This document shows, in pieces, positions 1 to 8,089 of a stretch of 21,663 bases of DNA (its first letter is position 1; each line of letters opens with the position of its first letter). The DNA lies in NCBI GenBank assembly GCA_044220955.1, contig JBGAQA010000079.1, forward strand, positions 11,206-32,868. The letters are read 5' to 3'. The translations under genes and the position numbers were made by a program. The notes under the pieces are model-generated. The model worked only from the letters and a program-made list of their open reading frames with translations. It had not been told where the DNA came from and did no database searches. The DNA comes from Sandaracinaceae bacterium (lineage in GTDB: Bacteria; Myxococcota_A; Polyangia; Polyangiales; Sandaracinaceae).

Positions 1-588
1 TTCGGGATCTACCTGGGCCTGCAGATGGCCGTCGTCGAGTTCGCCCGCAACGCCTGCGGCATCGCCGGCGCGAACTCGACGGAGTTCGATCCGAACGCGA
101 GCGAGCCGATCATCGATCTCATGCCCGATCAGCGGGGCGTCAAGAGCAAGGGCGGTACGATGCGCCTCGGCGCCTATCGCTGCGCGATGAAGCCCGGCTC
201 GCTCGCCGCCGAGGTGTACGGCTCGACCGAGATCTCGGAGCGCCACCGCCACCGCTACGAGTTCAACAACGCCTACAAGCAGCGCCTCGAGGAGGCGGGC
301 CTCGTGATGAGCGGCGTCTCGCCCGAGCTCGGCCTGGTCGAGATGATCGAGCTGCCGCGGAGCAGCGATCGGCCCGGCGCCGCAGGGCACTCGGGCCGGA
401 CGCACCCCTACTTCATCGGGTGCCAATTCCACCCCGAGTTCAAGAGCAAGCCGCACGCGGCACACCCGCTCTTCTCGCGCTTCGTCCGGGCCGCGCTCGA
501 GCGCCGCGACGCGGCACGGGCCGACGTCGCCAAGCCGGAGGCGGCCGAGGGCGAGCCCGCCCCGGCAGGCGCCCGGGCCGTCAACTGA
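1..588 (+). CDS. pyrG: CTP synthase, C-terminal glutamine amidotransferase domain (5'-truncated by the window)
   Basis: Frame 1 reads [17 protein letters not shown]...KGGTMRLG...[10 protein letters not shown]...[15 protein letters not shown], all PyrG motifs. GIYLG replaces the canonical GICLG, and there is a ~13-aa insertion before HPYF. Confidence 0.97.
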   Translation, partial: FGIYLGLQMAVVEFARNACGIAGANSTEFDPNASEPIIDLMPDQRGVKSKGGTMRLGAYRCAMKPGSLAAEVYGSTEISERHRHRYEFNNAYKQRLEEAGLVMSGVSPELGLVEMIELPRSSDRPGAAGHSGRTHPYFIGCQFHPEFKSKPHAAHPLFSRFVRAALERRDAARADVAKPEAAEGEPAPAGARAVN

Positions 589-650
589 TCGCGACACGGA
601 TGTCGCGTCGGCCGGGCGGCCCCCCCCGCGGAGCTGGGGAATGGCGCACG

Positions 651-666
651 TGGCCCGTTCCGTGCT
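651..666 (+). promoter_or_regulatory. Putative sigma54 (-24/-12) promoter for the Cys-rich lipoprotein cluster
   Basis: TGGCCCGTTCCGTGCT has GG-N10-GC spacing and matches TGGCACG-N4-TTGC with 2 mismatches, ~70 nt upstream of ATG 734. Confidence 0.5.
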
Positions 667-733
667 GTGATTGCATCTTCGGTGGCGCCGCGCCGCGGTG
701 CGAAATGCGATCGGTTCCCTTCGGAGGATGGTG

Positions 734-1558
734 ATGCGCAACTTCTCGTTCACGGGGCTCTCCACGACGGTCGTCTTCTCCGGGCTCGCGCTCACCGCGC
801 TCGCCGGCTGCCGAAACGATCCTCCGCGGCTCGTCGACGCGCACGTGACGCCCGACGCGGGCGGCGGCGGGGTCGACATGGGCATGGGCGGCGTCGACAT
901 GGGCATGGGCGGCCTCGACATGGGCATGGCCCGCGACATGGGAACGATGGGTGGGGCGTGCACGTACGGCGGTGGCTGCAACCTGACGAGCACGTCGAGC
1001 TGTCCGCCGGACAGCGGCGGCGCGCGCCAGGGCTGTTACCCCGACATGACGGCCCCCTCTTGCCACCCGGCCGGCACGGTCGCCGTCGGCGGAGCCTGCA
1101 CCGCGCTCAACGACTGTGACGCGGGGAGCGTGTGCCTCGGGACGGGGACCTGCGCGAAGCTCTGCTGCTCGGCCACGGACTGCCCCACCGGCCAGTCGTG
1201 CACGCCGCTCGGCGACGGCAGCGGCAACCCGCTGCCGAACGGGGTCGGCTTCTGCCACGCGCCCACCGCGTGCACCCCCGTCCCGAACACCGGCTGCGCG
1301 GCCATGCAGCAGTGCACCACGACCGCGGCCGACGGGTCGACGGACTGCTTCCCGACCGGCCCGGTCGCCGAGGGCGGCGACTGCAGCTCCGACAACTGCG
1401 CCGCCGGCCTCGGCTGCTTCAACATGGGCGCCGGCACCCCGGGCCGCTGCTTCCGCTTCTGCCGCCGCGCGATGGGCACGACGAGCAACCCGGACTGCAC
1501 CGGCACGGCGACGACGTGCGGCGCGGGTCTCGGCACGACCTACGGGCTCTGCATGTGA
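734..1558 (+). CDS. Cys-rich lipoprotein 1 with a DMG-repeat linker
   Basis: GGAGG (723-727) lies 6 nt before ATG 734. Signal peptide ends in lipobox LAG|C, followed by GGVDMGM repeats and ~200 aa of regularly spaced Cys. Confidence 0.88.
   Translation: MRNFSFTGLSTTVVFSGLALTALAGCRNDPPRLVDAHVTPDAGGGGVDMGMGGVDMGMGGLDMGMARDMGTMGGACTYGGGCNLTSTSSCPPDSGGARQGCYPDMTAPSCHPAGTVAVGGACTALNDCDAGSVCLGTGTCAKLCCSATDCPTGQSCTPLGDGSGNPLPNGVGFCHAPTACTPVPNTGCAAMQQCTTTAADGSTDCFPTGPVAEGGDCSSDNCAAGLGCFNMGAGTPGRCFRFCRRAMGTTSNPDCTGTATTCGAGLGTTYGLCM
866..928 (+). repeat. 3 x 21-bp coding tandem repeat encoding GG[V/L]DMGM
   Basis: ggcggggtcgacatgggcatg / ggcggcgtcgacatgggcatg / ggcggcctcgacatgggcatg. Confidence 0.9.
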
Positions 1559-2373
1559 CGCGGATCGGACGCGCCCGCAGTATCGGCGCGCTCGCGACGA
1601 CGGCGCTCCTGGCGGCCTGCTCCGGCGGCGGATCGGCCGACGACGACACCGGGCCGGCGCGTGACGCGATGGTCGTCGACTCCACGCTCTGGAACGACGC
1701 TTCCATCGACGCCGGGCAGCGCCTCGACGCTGGGCCCACGCTCGACGCCGGGCCGGCGCTCTGCGGAGGCGGGTGCGACCCACGGAGCGTGGGTGCGTGC
1801 GGCTCGGACATGGCGTGCCGCCTCGTCTCGGGGATCCCGGCGTGCGTGGCGGCCGCCCCGCCCGACGGTGGCATGGGCGCGGACGGGTCGCGGTGCGCCC
1901 ACGACGCGGACTGCGGCTCTGGGCTCTCGTGCTTCGGCATGGCGGGCGGCCTCGGGACCTGCGGGCGCCTCTGCTGCGACGGCCGCCCGATGGACTGCGC
2001 ACCGTCCGAGCGCTGCCGCGGCGACGGGGCGCTGGTGGACGGCACCACGACGAGCTGGGGCCGCTGCTTGCCGCCCATCGCGTGCGACCTCGCGCACCCC
2101 GAGCACGCCTGCGCCGCGAACGAGGGCTGCTACATCGTCGATGGGATGGGCACCACCGAGTGCCTTCACTCGGGCGGCGCGCTCCCCGGCGCGCCGTGCG
2201 AGCGGCCGTGGGACTGCGTGCCAGGGTATGCTTGCACGGGCCTGACCGCGCGGACGTGCATCGCGATCTGCATGCTCGCCTCCACGGCGCCGCACCAGGG
2301 CTGTGGCGACACCGAGCACTGCGAGGCCCAGGCCTACTCGCCGCCGGGGTCGGGCATCTGCACCGGCGGATGA
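1555..2373 (+). CDS. Cys-rich lipoprotein 2, paralogue of 734-1558
   Basis: GTG start overlaps the upstream stop (GTGA). Lipobox LAA|C, DAG linker, and a Cys pattern collinear with lipoprotein 1 (GTCxxLCC...DC). Confidence 0.85.
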   Translation: MTRIGRARSIGALATTALLAACSGGGSADDDTGPARDAMVVDSTLWNDASIDAGQRLDAGPTLDAGPALCGGGCDPRSVGACGSDMACRLVSGIPACVAAAPPDGGMGADGSRCAHDADCGSGLSCFGMAGGLGTCGRLCCDGRPMDCAPSERCRGDGALVDGTTTSWGRCLPPIACDLAHPEHACAANEGCYIVDGMGTTECLHSGGALPGAPCERPWDCVPGYACTGLTARTCIAICMLASTAPHQGCGDTEHCEAQAYSPPGSGICTGG

Positions 2374-2426
2374 TCCGTGCGTCGTCCGCCCCGAGGTATG
2401 TTAGGATCACCCGCGTGGCGTTTCGC

Positions 2427-3590
2427 ATGACCCCGAGCGCGCCCTTCGTCGCACTGAGCGCGTGTGTGTTCGTTCTCTCGGGCGCCGGCTGCGCGAGCGG
2501 CGGCAGCCTCGACGGTCCGGACATGGGCCGCGGCCGCGACATGGGCACGTCGATGGACGCCGGCCCGCGCGTCGACGCGGACACCGGGCCTCGTCCGGAC
2601 ACGGGGCCGATGCCCGACATGGGGCCGATGCCCGACATGGGGCCGCCGAGGGACATGGGGGTCGCGCGGGACACCGGCTCCAGCACCGACGCCTCCGGCG
2701 GCACCGACGCGTCGCGCAGCTGCGGCTCGACGGTGTGCACCGGCTTGACCCACTGCGTCTCGGGGGCCTGCGTGGCGTATCCGATGTGCCGTGGCGACGG
2801 GACGTGCGCGACCGCGGGCGACGTGTGCATCGCGCTGCGCTGCATCCCCGGGACGGTCGACCTCGACGGCGACGGGTCTCCCGCCGCGATGGACTGCGAC
2901 GAGATGGATCCCACGCGCAGCCCGATCGCGCCGGAGATCTGCAACCTGCGGGACGACAACTGCAACACGACCGTGGACGACGGCGCCCCCGCCGACCTCT
3001 GCACGACCAACCCGGCGCACGGCATCTGCATGATGGGTGTGTGCGGCTGTCCGGCGGGCTCGGCCGACATCGACCTGAGCGTCCCGGGGTGCGAGTGCAC
3101 CACGACCCCGACCGGCGGCGCGACGTGCGCGGCGCCGATCGACATGGGCACCGTGTACGACGAGGCGTCCGGCGGGACGCGCATGCTGATGGCGACGGGC
3201 AACGCGCTGCCCGCGACCCGCGAGGTCTGGTATCGCTTCCACGCGACCGACGTCGCCGACACGACGTGCGACCACTACAACGTGCACGTCGCGCTGACCG
3301 TCAACCCGGGGAACGTGTTCGAGTTCCTGGTGCTCCGCGGCAGCTGCGGCGCCATGACCGTCTGCACGGACTGCACGGGCGCCTCGTGCACGGACTTCAC
3401 GGACTACCGCTTCGCGATCGACACGAACAGCGGGATGACCGGACAGTGCCCGTGCACGACGACGCCGAGCACCACGGTGAACAACTGCGACGACGACTCG
3501 TCGGACTACTTCGTTCGCGTGCGCCGCCACACCGGCACCACGCTCGCGTGCGACGACTACACGCTCGTCGTGACGAACGGGATGCCCTGA
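2427..3590 (+). CDS. Cys-rich lipoprotein 3 with PDMG repeats, one MopE-like putative metal-binding motif and a C-terminal PPC-like beta domain
   Basis: Lipobox GAG|C. DLDGDGSPAAMDCDEMDPTRSPIAPEICNLRDDNCNTTVDDG matches the DxDxDG...DCD...P...ExC...DxNC motif. Alternative in-frame starts are ATG 2370 (overlapping the upstream stop) and GTG 2415. Confidence 0.85.
   Translation: MTPSAPFVALSACVFVLSGAGCASGGSLDGPDMGRGRDMGTSMDAGPRVDADTGPRPDTGPMPDMGPMPDMGPPRDMGVARDTGSSTDASGGTDASRSCGSTVCTGLTHCVSGACVAYPMCRGDGTCATAGDVCIALRCIPGTVDLDGDGSPAAMDCDEMDPTRSPIAPEICNLRDDNCNTTVDDGAPADLCTTNPAHGICMMGVCGCPAGSADIDLSVPGCECTTTPTGGATCAAPIDMGTVYDEASGGTRMLMATGNALPATREVWYRFHATDVADTTCDHYNVHVALTVNPGNVFEFLVLRGSCGAMTVCTDCTGASCTDFTDYRFAIDTNSGMTGQCPCTTTPSTTVNNCDDDSSDYFVRVRRHTGTTLACDDYTLVVTNGMP
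2595..2660 (+). repeat. 18-bp coding tandem repeat encoding PD[T/M]GP[M/P]
   Basis: ccggacacggggccgatg / cccgacatggggccgatg / cccgacatggggccgccg / agggacatgggg. Confidence 0.85.
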
Positions 3591-3604
3591 GGTCGACGGC
3601 AGGG

Positions 3605-3646
3605 CGCTCGCCCTCCGATCGCTCGCCCTCCGATCGCTCGCCTCCG
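3605..3646. repeat. Intergenic 15-bp tandem repeat, ~2.8 copies
   Basis: cgctcgccctccgat at 3605 and 3620, and a degenerate cgctcgcc-tccg at 3635. Confidence 0.8.
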
Positions 3647-3776
3647 GGCTCGATCGGCCCGCCGTCCATCCACCGCGGCCCGGCCGAGCGCGCCCCGACC
3701 AAGGGTCCGGCTCCCGACCGGTCAGCCCCCCGGACCACTCGCCGCCGACCCGCCGCCGACGCCCCGCCGATCCCCC

Positions 3777-3815
3777 AAAGCGAGAAGGCCCCGGGCGTCT
3801 GCGCCCGAGGCCTTC
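3777..3815 (-). terminator. Intrinsic terminator-like hairpin downstream of the minus-strand gene 3838-4407
   Basis: Minus strand reads GAAGGCCTCGGGCG-CAGA-CGCCCGGGGCCTTC, a 14-bp stem with one U-G pair, followed by TCGCTTT. Confidence 0.7.
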
Positions 3816-3837
3816 GCGAGCCGGATCTCTGCCGGGC

Positions 3838-4407
3838 TCAGGCGCAGCCGGGGTGGGCCGCGGCGGCGTTCAGCGTGTTGACATCCACCGCGTTCGGGAT
3901 GCCGTTGATGACGCCCCACTCGATGACGAGGCCGACCGGGGGCGGCGTCGTCCGGAGCCGGGGGATCGAGCCCGAGCCCTCCGTCCGCGCGCCGCGCAGG
4001 CCGCCGAGCACGCCGCCGGGCAGGATGATCGTCCCCGGATCGCCGGGGTGGGTCTCGTTGCCGATCGCCTGAGCGGTGCTCAGGTCGACCGTGCCACGGA
4101 TGTGGAACTGGCCGACGATGTCCGCGTCCGTGTGCGAGGAGCCGAGGCGCCACGCGAGCAGCTGGTCTCCGCGCACCTCCACCTGGACCGCGATCGCCGT
4201 GGGGCTGCCGTTGACCTCGTCCGCGGTCAGCAGGTGGTTCGACAGCATGCGGTCGAGGAACAGGTCCGTGCGGCCGTCGATGGTGGACTCGACGGTGCTG
4301 ACGTCCTCGAGCGCGGCCGGGTCGGACGTGGTCACGCCCCCCGCACAACCCGTGAGCGCCATCGCCGCCCCGATGAGCGCGCTGCCGATCCTCTGCTTCG
4401 TCTTCAT
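3838..4407 (-). CDS. Hypothetical lipoprotein, 189 aa, no recognised domain
   Basis: GGGAGG RBS upstream of the ATG. MKTKQRIGSALIGAAMALTG|C lipobox, normal amino acid composition, and its own terminator. Confidence 0.85.
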   Translation of the reverse strand: MKTKQRIGSALIGAAMALTGCAGGVTTSDPAALEDVSTVESTIDGRTDLFLDRMLSNHLLTADEVNGSPTAIAVQVEVRGDQLLAWRLGSSHTDADIVGQFHIRGTVDLSTAQAIGNETHPGDPGTIILPGGVLGGLRGARTEGSGSIPRLRTTPPPVGLVIEWGVINGIPNAVDVNTLNAAAAHPGCA

Positions 4408-4523
4408 CCGATCCTCCCGGCCGGTCGCGGCCCCGCTCGATCGCCTTCGTTCAGGTCGCGGAGCATTGCACGGCGAACGCTCCTGCGAAAGTCAGCGGCC
4501 ACCGGGCCGCGCCGGAATGACCT

Positions 4524-4539
4524 ATCAACCGGCGTGCCA
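4524..4539 (-). promoter_or_regulatory. Putative sigma54 promoter for lipoprotein 3838-4407
   Basis: Minus strand TGGCACGCCGGTTGAT has a perfect -24 box (TGGCACG) and TTGA instead of TTGC at -12. Confidence 0.5.
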
Positions 4540-4664
4540 CCACGCTGCCCGCGAAAAGCGCAGCGATCGGTGCCCCGCGCCGGCGGGCGGTTCTCGCCAC
4601 GTCACTTTCGTAACGCCGATCATCGCCCGCGCGGCGCGATCGCGGTGATATGCTCCCGCACCTC

Positions 4665-5387
4665 ATGGCCATCGCCCCGCGCTCCGCCGACGAGCTGCTC
4701 CGCGACGTTCCCGTCCTCGGCCAGCTGCCGGCGGCCGACCTCCACGCACTCGCCGAAGCGGCGGAAGTCCGCAAGGTTGCGCGCGCCGCGCCGCTCTTCA
4801 GCGAAGGCCAGACGGCCGAGGGCTTCTTCGTCGTCCGCACCGGAGAGATCAAGCTGACGAAGAGCGGCCGGGACGGCCGGGAGCAGATCATCTACCTGGC
4901 GCGGCCGGGCCGCCCCATCACCGAGGGGGTCCGCTTCGACGGGGGGACCTACCCCGCGAGCGCGATCGCGATGCGCGCCGGGAGCGCCCTCTTGGTGCCG
5001 AACGAGACGATCGGGGCGATCGGCGAGAAGCGCCCCGGCGTGCTCAAGGCGATGATCGATCTGCGCGCCCGCCGGACCGACCGGAGCCTCCGCCTGGTCA
5101 GCGACCTCTCGCTGCGGACCGTCCCGGCGCGCCTGGCGTCATTCCTCTGCACGCTGGCCGCCGCCCGGGAGACCCGGGGCGAGGACGCGCGACACCTCGT
5201 GCGGGACCTGACGACCGAGACCGTGGCGGGCCGCCTCGGGACGGTCCGCGAGGAGATCTCGCGCGGCCTGGCGCTGCTCGAGCGCGAGGGCGCGCTCAAG
5301 GTGACGCCCGACATGATCGAGGTCCTCGACATCACCCGGCTCGAGGCGATCGCCTACGGGCGCAAGAAGGGCACCGCGGCCGGCTGA
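4665..5387 (+). CDS. Crp/Fnr family transcriptional regulator
   Basis: cNMP-binding-fold motifs (LFSEGQTAEGFFVVRTGEIKL, GREQII, YPASAIA) and a C-terminal HTH (LTTETVAGRLGTVREEISRGL). No FNR Cys cluster. Alternative ATG at 4650. Confidence 0.93.
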   Translation: MAIAPRSADELLRDVPVLGQLPAADLHALAEAAEVRKVARAAPLFSEGQTAEGFFVVRTGEIKLTKSGRDGREQIIYLARPGRPITEGVRFDGGTYPASAIAMRAGSALLVPNETIGAIGEKRPGVLKAMIDLRARRTDRSLRLVSDLSLRTVPARLASFLCTLAAARETRGEDARHLVRDLTTETVAGRLGTVREEISRGLALLEREGALKVTPDMIEVLDITRLEAIAYGRKKGTAAG

Positions 5388-5418
5388 GCGCCGCCACCGG
5401 CGCCGAGGACCCGCGGAC

Positions 5419-6132
5419 ATGCGCACGCTGGAGGTCTCCGGGCTCACGGTCCGCCTCGTCGGCGGCACCGATCGCGAGGGAGGCGGGACGGGCCCGCTGG
5501 TGGTGCTGCTGCACGGCTTCGGCGCCCCCGGCGACGATCTGGTCCCGCTCCACCGCGTGCTCGACGTGCCGCGCGAGGTGCGCTTCGCCTTCCCCCAGGC
5601 CCCGCTCGCGCTGCCCTGGCCGCTCGGCGACGGGCGGGCTCGCGCCTGGTGGATGATCGACGTCGAGGCGCTCGAGCGCGGGATCGCCGAGGGGCGTGCG
5701 CGCGACCTCTCGCGGGACAAGCCGGACGGGATCGCACCCGCGCGCGAGGCCGTCGTGGCGGCGCTCGGCGCGCTCCGGGGCGAGCTCGCGCCGAGCAAGG
5801 TCGTGCTCGGCGGCTTCTCGCAGGGCGCGATGCTCTCGACCGAGGTCGCGCTCTCCACGGACGTGGCGCTCGACGGCCTCGTCCTGATGAGCGGGACGCT
5901 GCTCGCCGAGGACGAGTGGGTACCGCGGATCCCGTCCCGGGCGGGCACGAAGGTGATGATCTCGCACGGCACCCACGACCCGCTCCTGCCGTACGCTGGC
6001 GCCGAGCGGCTCGCCGCCGCGATGCGGGAGGGCGGCCTCGATGTGGACTTCGTGCGCTTCCGCGGACAGCACGAGATCCCGCCGGTCGTGCTCGACCACG
6101 CGAGCGCGTTGATCCGGCGCGCGATCGCGTAG
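5419..6132 (+). CDS. Phospholipase/carboxylesterase (alpha/beta hydrolase)
   Basis: VLLHGFGA, GFSQG nucleophile motif, HGTHD and GQHEI give a Ser-Asp-His triad. GAGGA RBS. Confidence 0.93.
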   Translation: MRTLEVSGLTVRLVGGTDREGGGTGPLVVLLHGFGAPGDDLVPLHRVLDVPREVRFAFPQAPLALPWPLGDGRARAWWMIDVEALERGIAEGRARDLSRDKPDGIAPAREAVVAALGALRGELAPSKVVLGGFSQGAMLSTEVALSTDVALDGLVLMSGTLLAEDEWVPRIPSRAGTKVMISHGTHDPLLPYAGAERLAAAMREGGLDVDFVRFRGQHEIPPVVLDHASALIRRAIA

Positions 6133-6151
6133 CGCCGGCCACCCTCGAGCG

Positions 6152-8089
6152 TCAGGGCCCGAGCACGTCCCCGCGCAGCACGAGAATCCGCCCCGCGTGG
6201 GCGGCGCTGCGCGCATCGTCGAAGCCCCCGCTGGCGCCGGCGGTCGGCACGTCGTGCATCGTCGCGAGCCGGGCCGCGACGCCCGCTCGCGTCGTCTCGC
6301 CACCCTCGACCGCACGTCGCGCGAGCCGGAACGCGTCGTAGGCGTATGCCGCGAACGTGTCGGGGTCCGATCCGAAGCGCGCGTGGAACGCGTCCACGAA
6401 CGCTCGTCCTTCCCCCTCGGCGAGCGCCGCGTAGAACGGCGCGGCGAACGAGGCACCCTGCAGGTAGCGTCCCGTCGTCTGGATCATGCGCGGATCGAGC
6501 GCGACGCTGGGCACGAGCAGCGCGATGCCACGCGCGGAGCGGGGCGCGCTGCCGCCCGGCAGGACGGGGAAGAGCCCGCCGGCGGCGAGCGCGGGCGCGA
6601 GGAGCGCGACCTTCTGCGCCGAGTCGGCCAAGAGGACTGCGTCCGGATGCGCCGTCGCGAGCTCGGTCACGAGCGGTCCGAAGGCCGTCGCGCTCGCCTC
6701 GTACGTCACGTCGGCCACCAGCTCGCCACCGGCCGCCGCCACCGCCCGCTCGTACGCCGAACGCATCGACGCCCCGTAGCCCGCGGCGCCGCGGAGGATC
6801 GCGAAGCGGTGCGCGCCACGCCGCGTCGCCGCGTCCACCAGGGCCCGCGCCTCCCCGTCGAGCGTCGGGAAGAGCCGGAACACCATCGCCCCCGCCGAGG
6901 CCAGATCGCCCCGCGGCGAGAGCGTGATGAGCGGCACGCCCAGCGCCTGCGCGCGCTCGGCGGCCGCCTCGGCGGACGGGCCGTCCAGGGGCCCGACGAT
7001 CGCGATCGCGCGGTGCTGTGCGACGAGCTCGTCGACGGCGCTCGCCGCGCGCGCGGGATCGCCGGCGTCGTCTCGGAACACGAGCTGCGCCGAGCCCGGC
7101 GGTGCCGGTCCGTCGAGCGGCGCGCCGGAGGCGAGCACGAGCCCGCGCAGCGCGCGCTGGCCGATCTCGCGGGCGCTGCCCGTGAGCGGGAGGATCGCGC
7201 CGATCACCGAGGGATCGGCGTGCTCGATGCGCTCCGCTCGGCTCACGATCTCGGCGAGGTCGCCCGCGAGCTCCACGTGCTCGGCCCGGAGCGCCTCCGC
7301 GACGACGCGGACCCGCGCGGCATCGGAGGCGTCGTAGGCCGCGTGCAGGGCTGCGACGGCCACGAGCGGCCAGCAGACGCGATCGCGGCGCAGCTCGTCG
7401 TACGCGCGCGCGAGCTCTGCCTCCGCGAGCTCGCCGTCCACGATGGCCCGCGCCCGGCGCTGCACGTCCTCTCGATCCGCGTCCGTCGTGCTGACGAAGT
7501 GCAGCTCGTCGAGCGCCGAGAGCGCGAGCACGTGATCGCCCGTGCGGCTGGCGGCCGTGGCGAGCGTCTCGAGCAAGAGGCGCGTCTCGTCCGGGTCGGT
7601 CGTCGTGCCGCGCAGCGGGCTGAGCGCCTCGATCGCCTCGGCGTCCCGGTGGAGGAAGTAGAGCGCGATGCCTCGGTGGAAGCGCACCCGCTCCTCGACG
7701 ACCGAGTCGGAGGACCCGGCGGCCTGGTCGAGCTGCGCGAGCGCGGCCTCGGCGTGACCGTCCGCGAGCTCGACGCGCCCGAGGCCGAGATGGGCGAGCG
7801 GCTCGAGCGGATCGCCGGCGTGCTCCGCGAGGAACCGCTCGTACGCCGCTCGCGCGTCGGCGCTGCGCCCGTCGAGCGCGGCCTGATCGGCGCCGTGCAG
7901 ATCGCTCTCGGCGTCCGGATCGCTCGTGCGCAGCGCGGGCGTGACCTCGAGGGCGGACGTGCCCGTGTGGGGACAGCCCGCGATGCTGCCGAACGTCGTG
8001 ATCGCCAGGGTCGCCGCCAGCGCCAGGGGCCCGGCCAGCGAGCGGGCGCGACGCGGCGCGCCCTCGAGCGAGAGAAGAGGCATCCCCAT
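6152..8089 (-). CDS. Lipoprotein with N-terminal TPR-like helices and a C-terminal type-I periplasmic binding fold (LpoA/LppC-like penicillin-binding protein activator family)
   Basis: Lipobox IAG|C and Ala-rich TPR-like helices. IGAILPLTG, AIVGPL and AAYAYDA are typical of LpoA and branched-chain amino-acid binding proteins. The start (8089, 8083 or slightly upstream) is uncertain. Confidence 0.85.
   Translation of the reverse strand: MGMPLLSLEGAPRRARSLAGPLALAATLAITTFGSIAGCPHTGTSALEVTPALRTSDPDAESDLHGADQAALDGRSADARAAYERFLAEHAGDPLEPLAHLGLGRVELADGHAEAALAQLDQAAGSSDSVVEERVRFHRGIALYFLHRDAEAIEALSPLRGTTTDPDETRLLLETLATAASRTGDHVLALSALDELHFVSTTDADREDVQRRARAIVDGELAEAELARAYDELRRDRVCWPLVAVAALHAAYDASDAARVRVVAEALRAEHVELAGDLAEIVSRAERIEHADPSVIGAILPLTGSAREIGQRALRGLVLASGAPLDGPAPPGSAQLVFRDDAGDPARAASAVDELVAQHRAIAIVGPLDGPSAEAAAERAQALGVPLITLSPRGDLASAGAMVFRLFPTLDGEARALVDAATRRGAHRFAILRGAAGYGASMRSAYERAVAAAGGELVADVTYEASATAFGPLVTELATAHPDAVLLADSAQKVALLAPALAAGGLFPVLPGGSAPRSARGIALLVPSVALDPRMIQTTGRYLQGASFAAPFYAALAEGEGRAFVDAFHARFGSDPDTFAAYAYDAFRLARRAVEGGETTRAGVAARLATMHDVPTAGASGGFDDARSAAHAGRILVLRGDVLGP

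Noticed and set aside
581..3262. 893-aa minus-strand ORF and similar giant ORFs (5139-8204, 10223-12958, 14200-17514, 17081-19255, 18705-20555, 19940-21595)
   Set aside because: Arg/Ala/Pro-rich shadow frames typical of high-GC DNA. They overlap well-supported genes and contain no motifs.
3605..3646. Possible CRISPR array
   Set aside because: Adjacent 15-bp units with no spacers, and no cas genes in the window.
4515..4528. FNR/Crp box upstream of the Crp/Fnr gene (ATCAA half-site)
   Set aside because: No matching TTGAT half-site at N4 spacing. The bases are better explained as the -12 region of a sigma54-like promoter.
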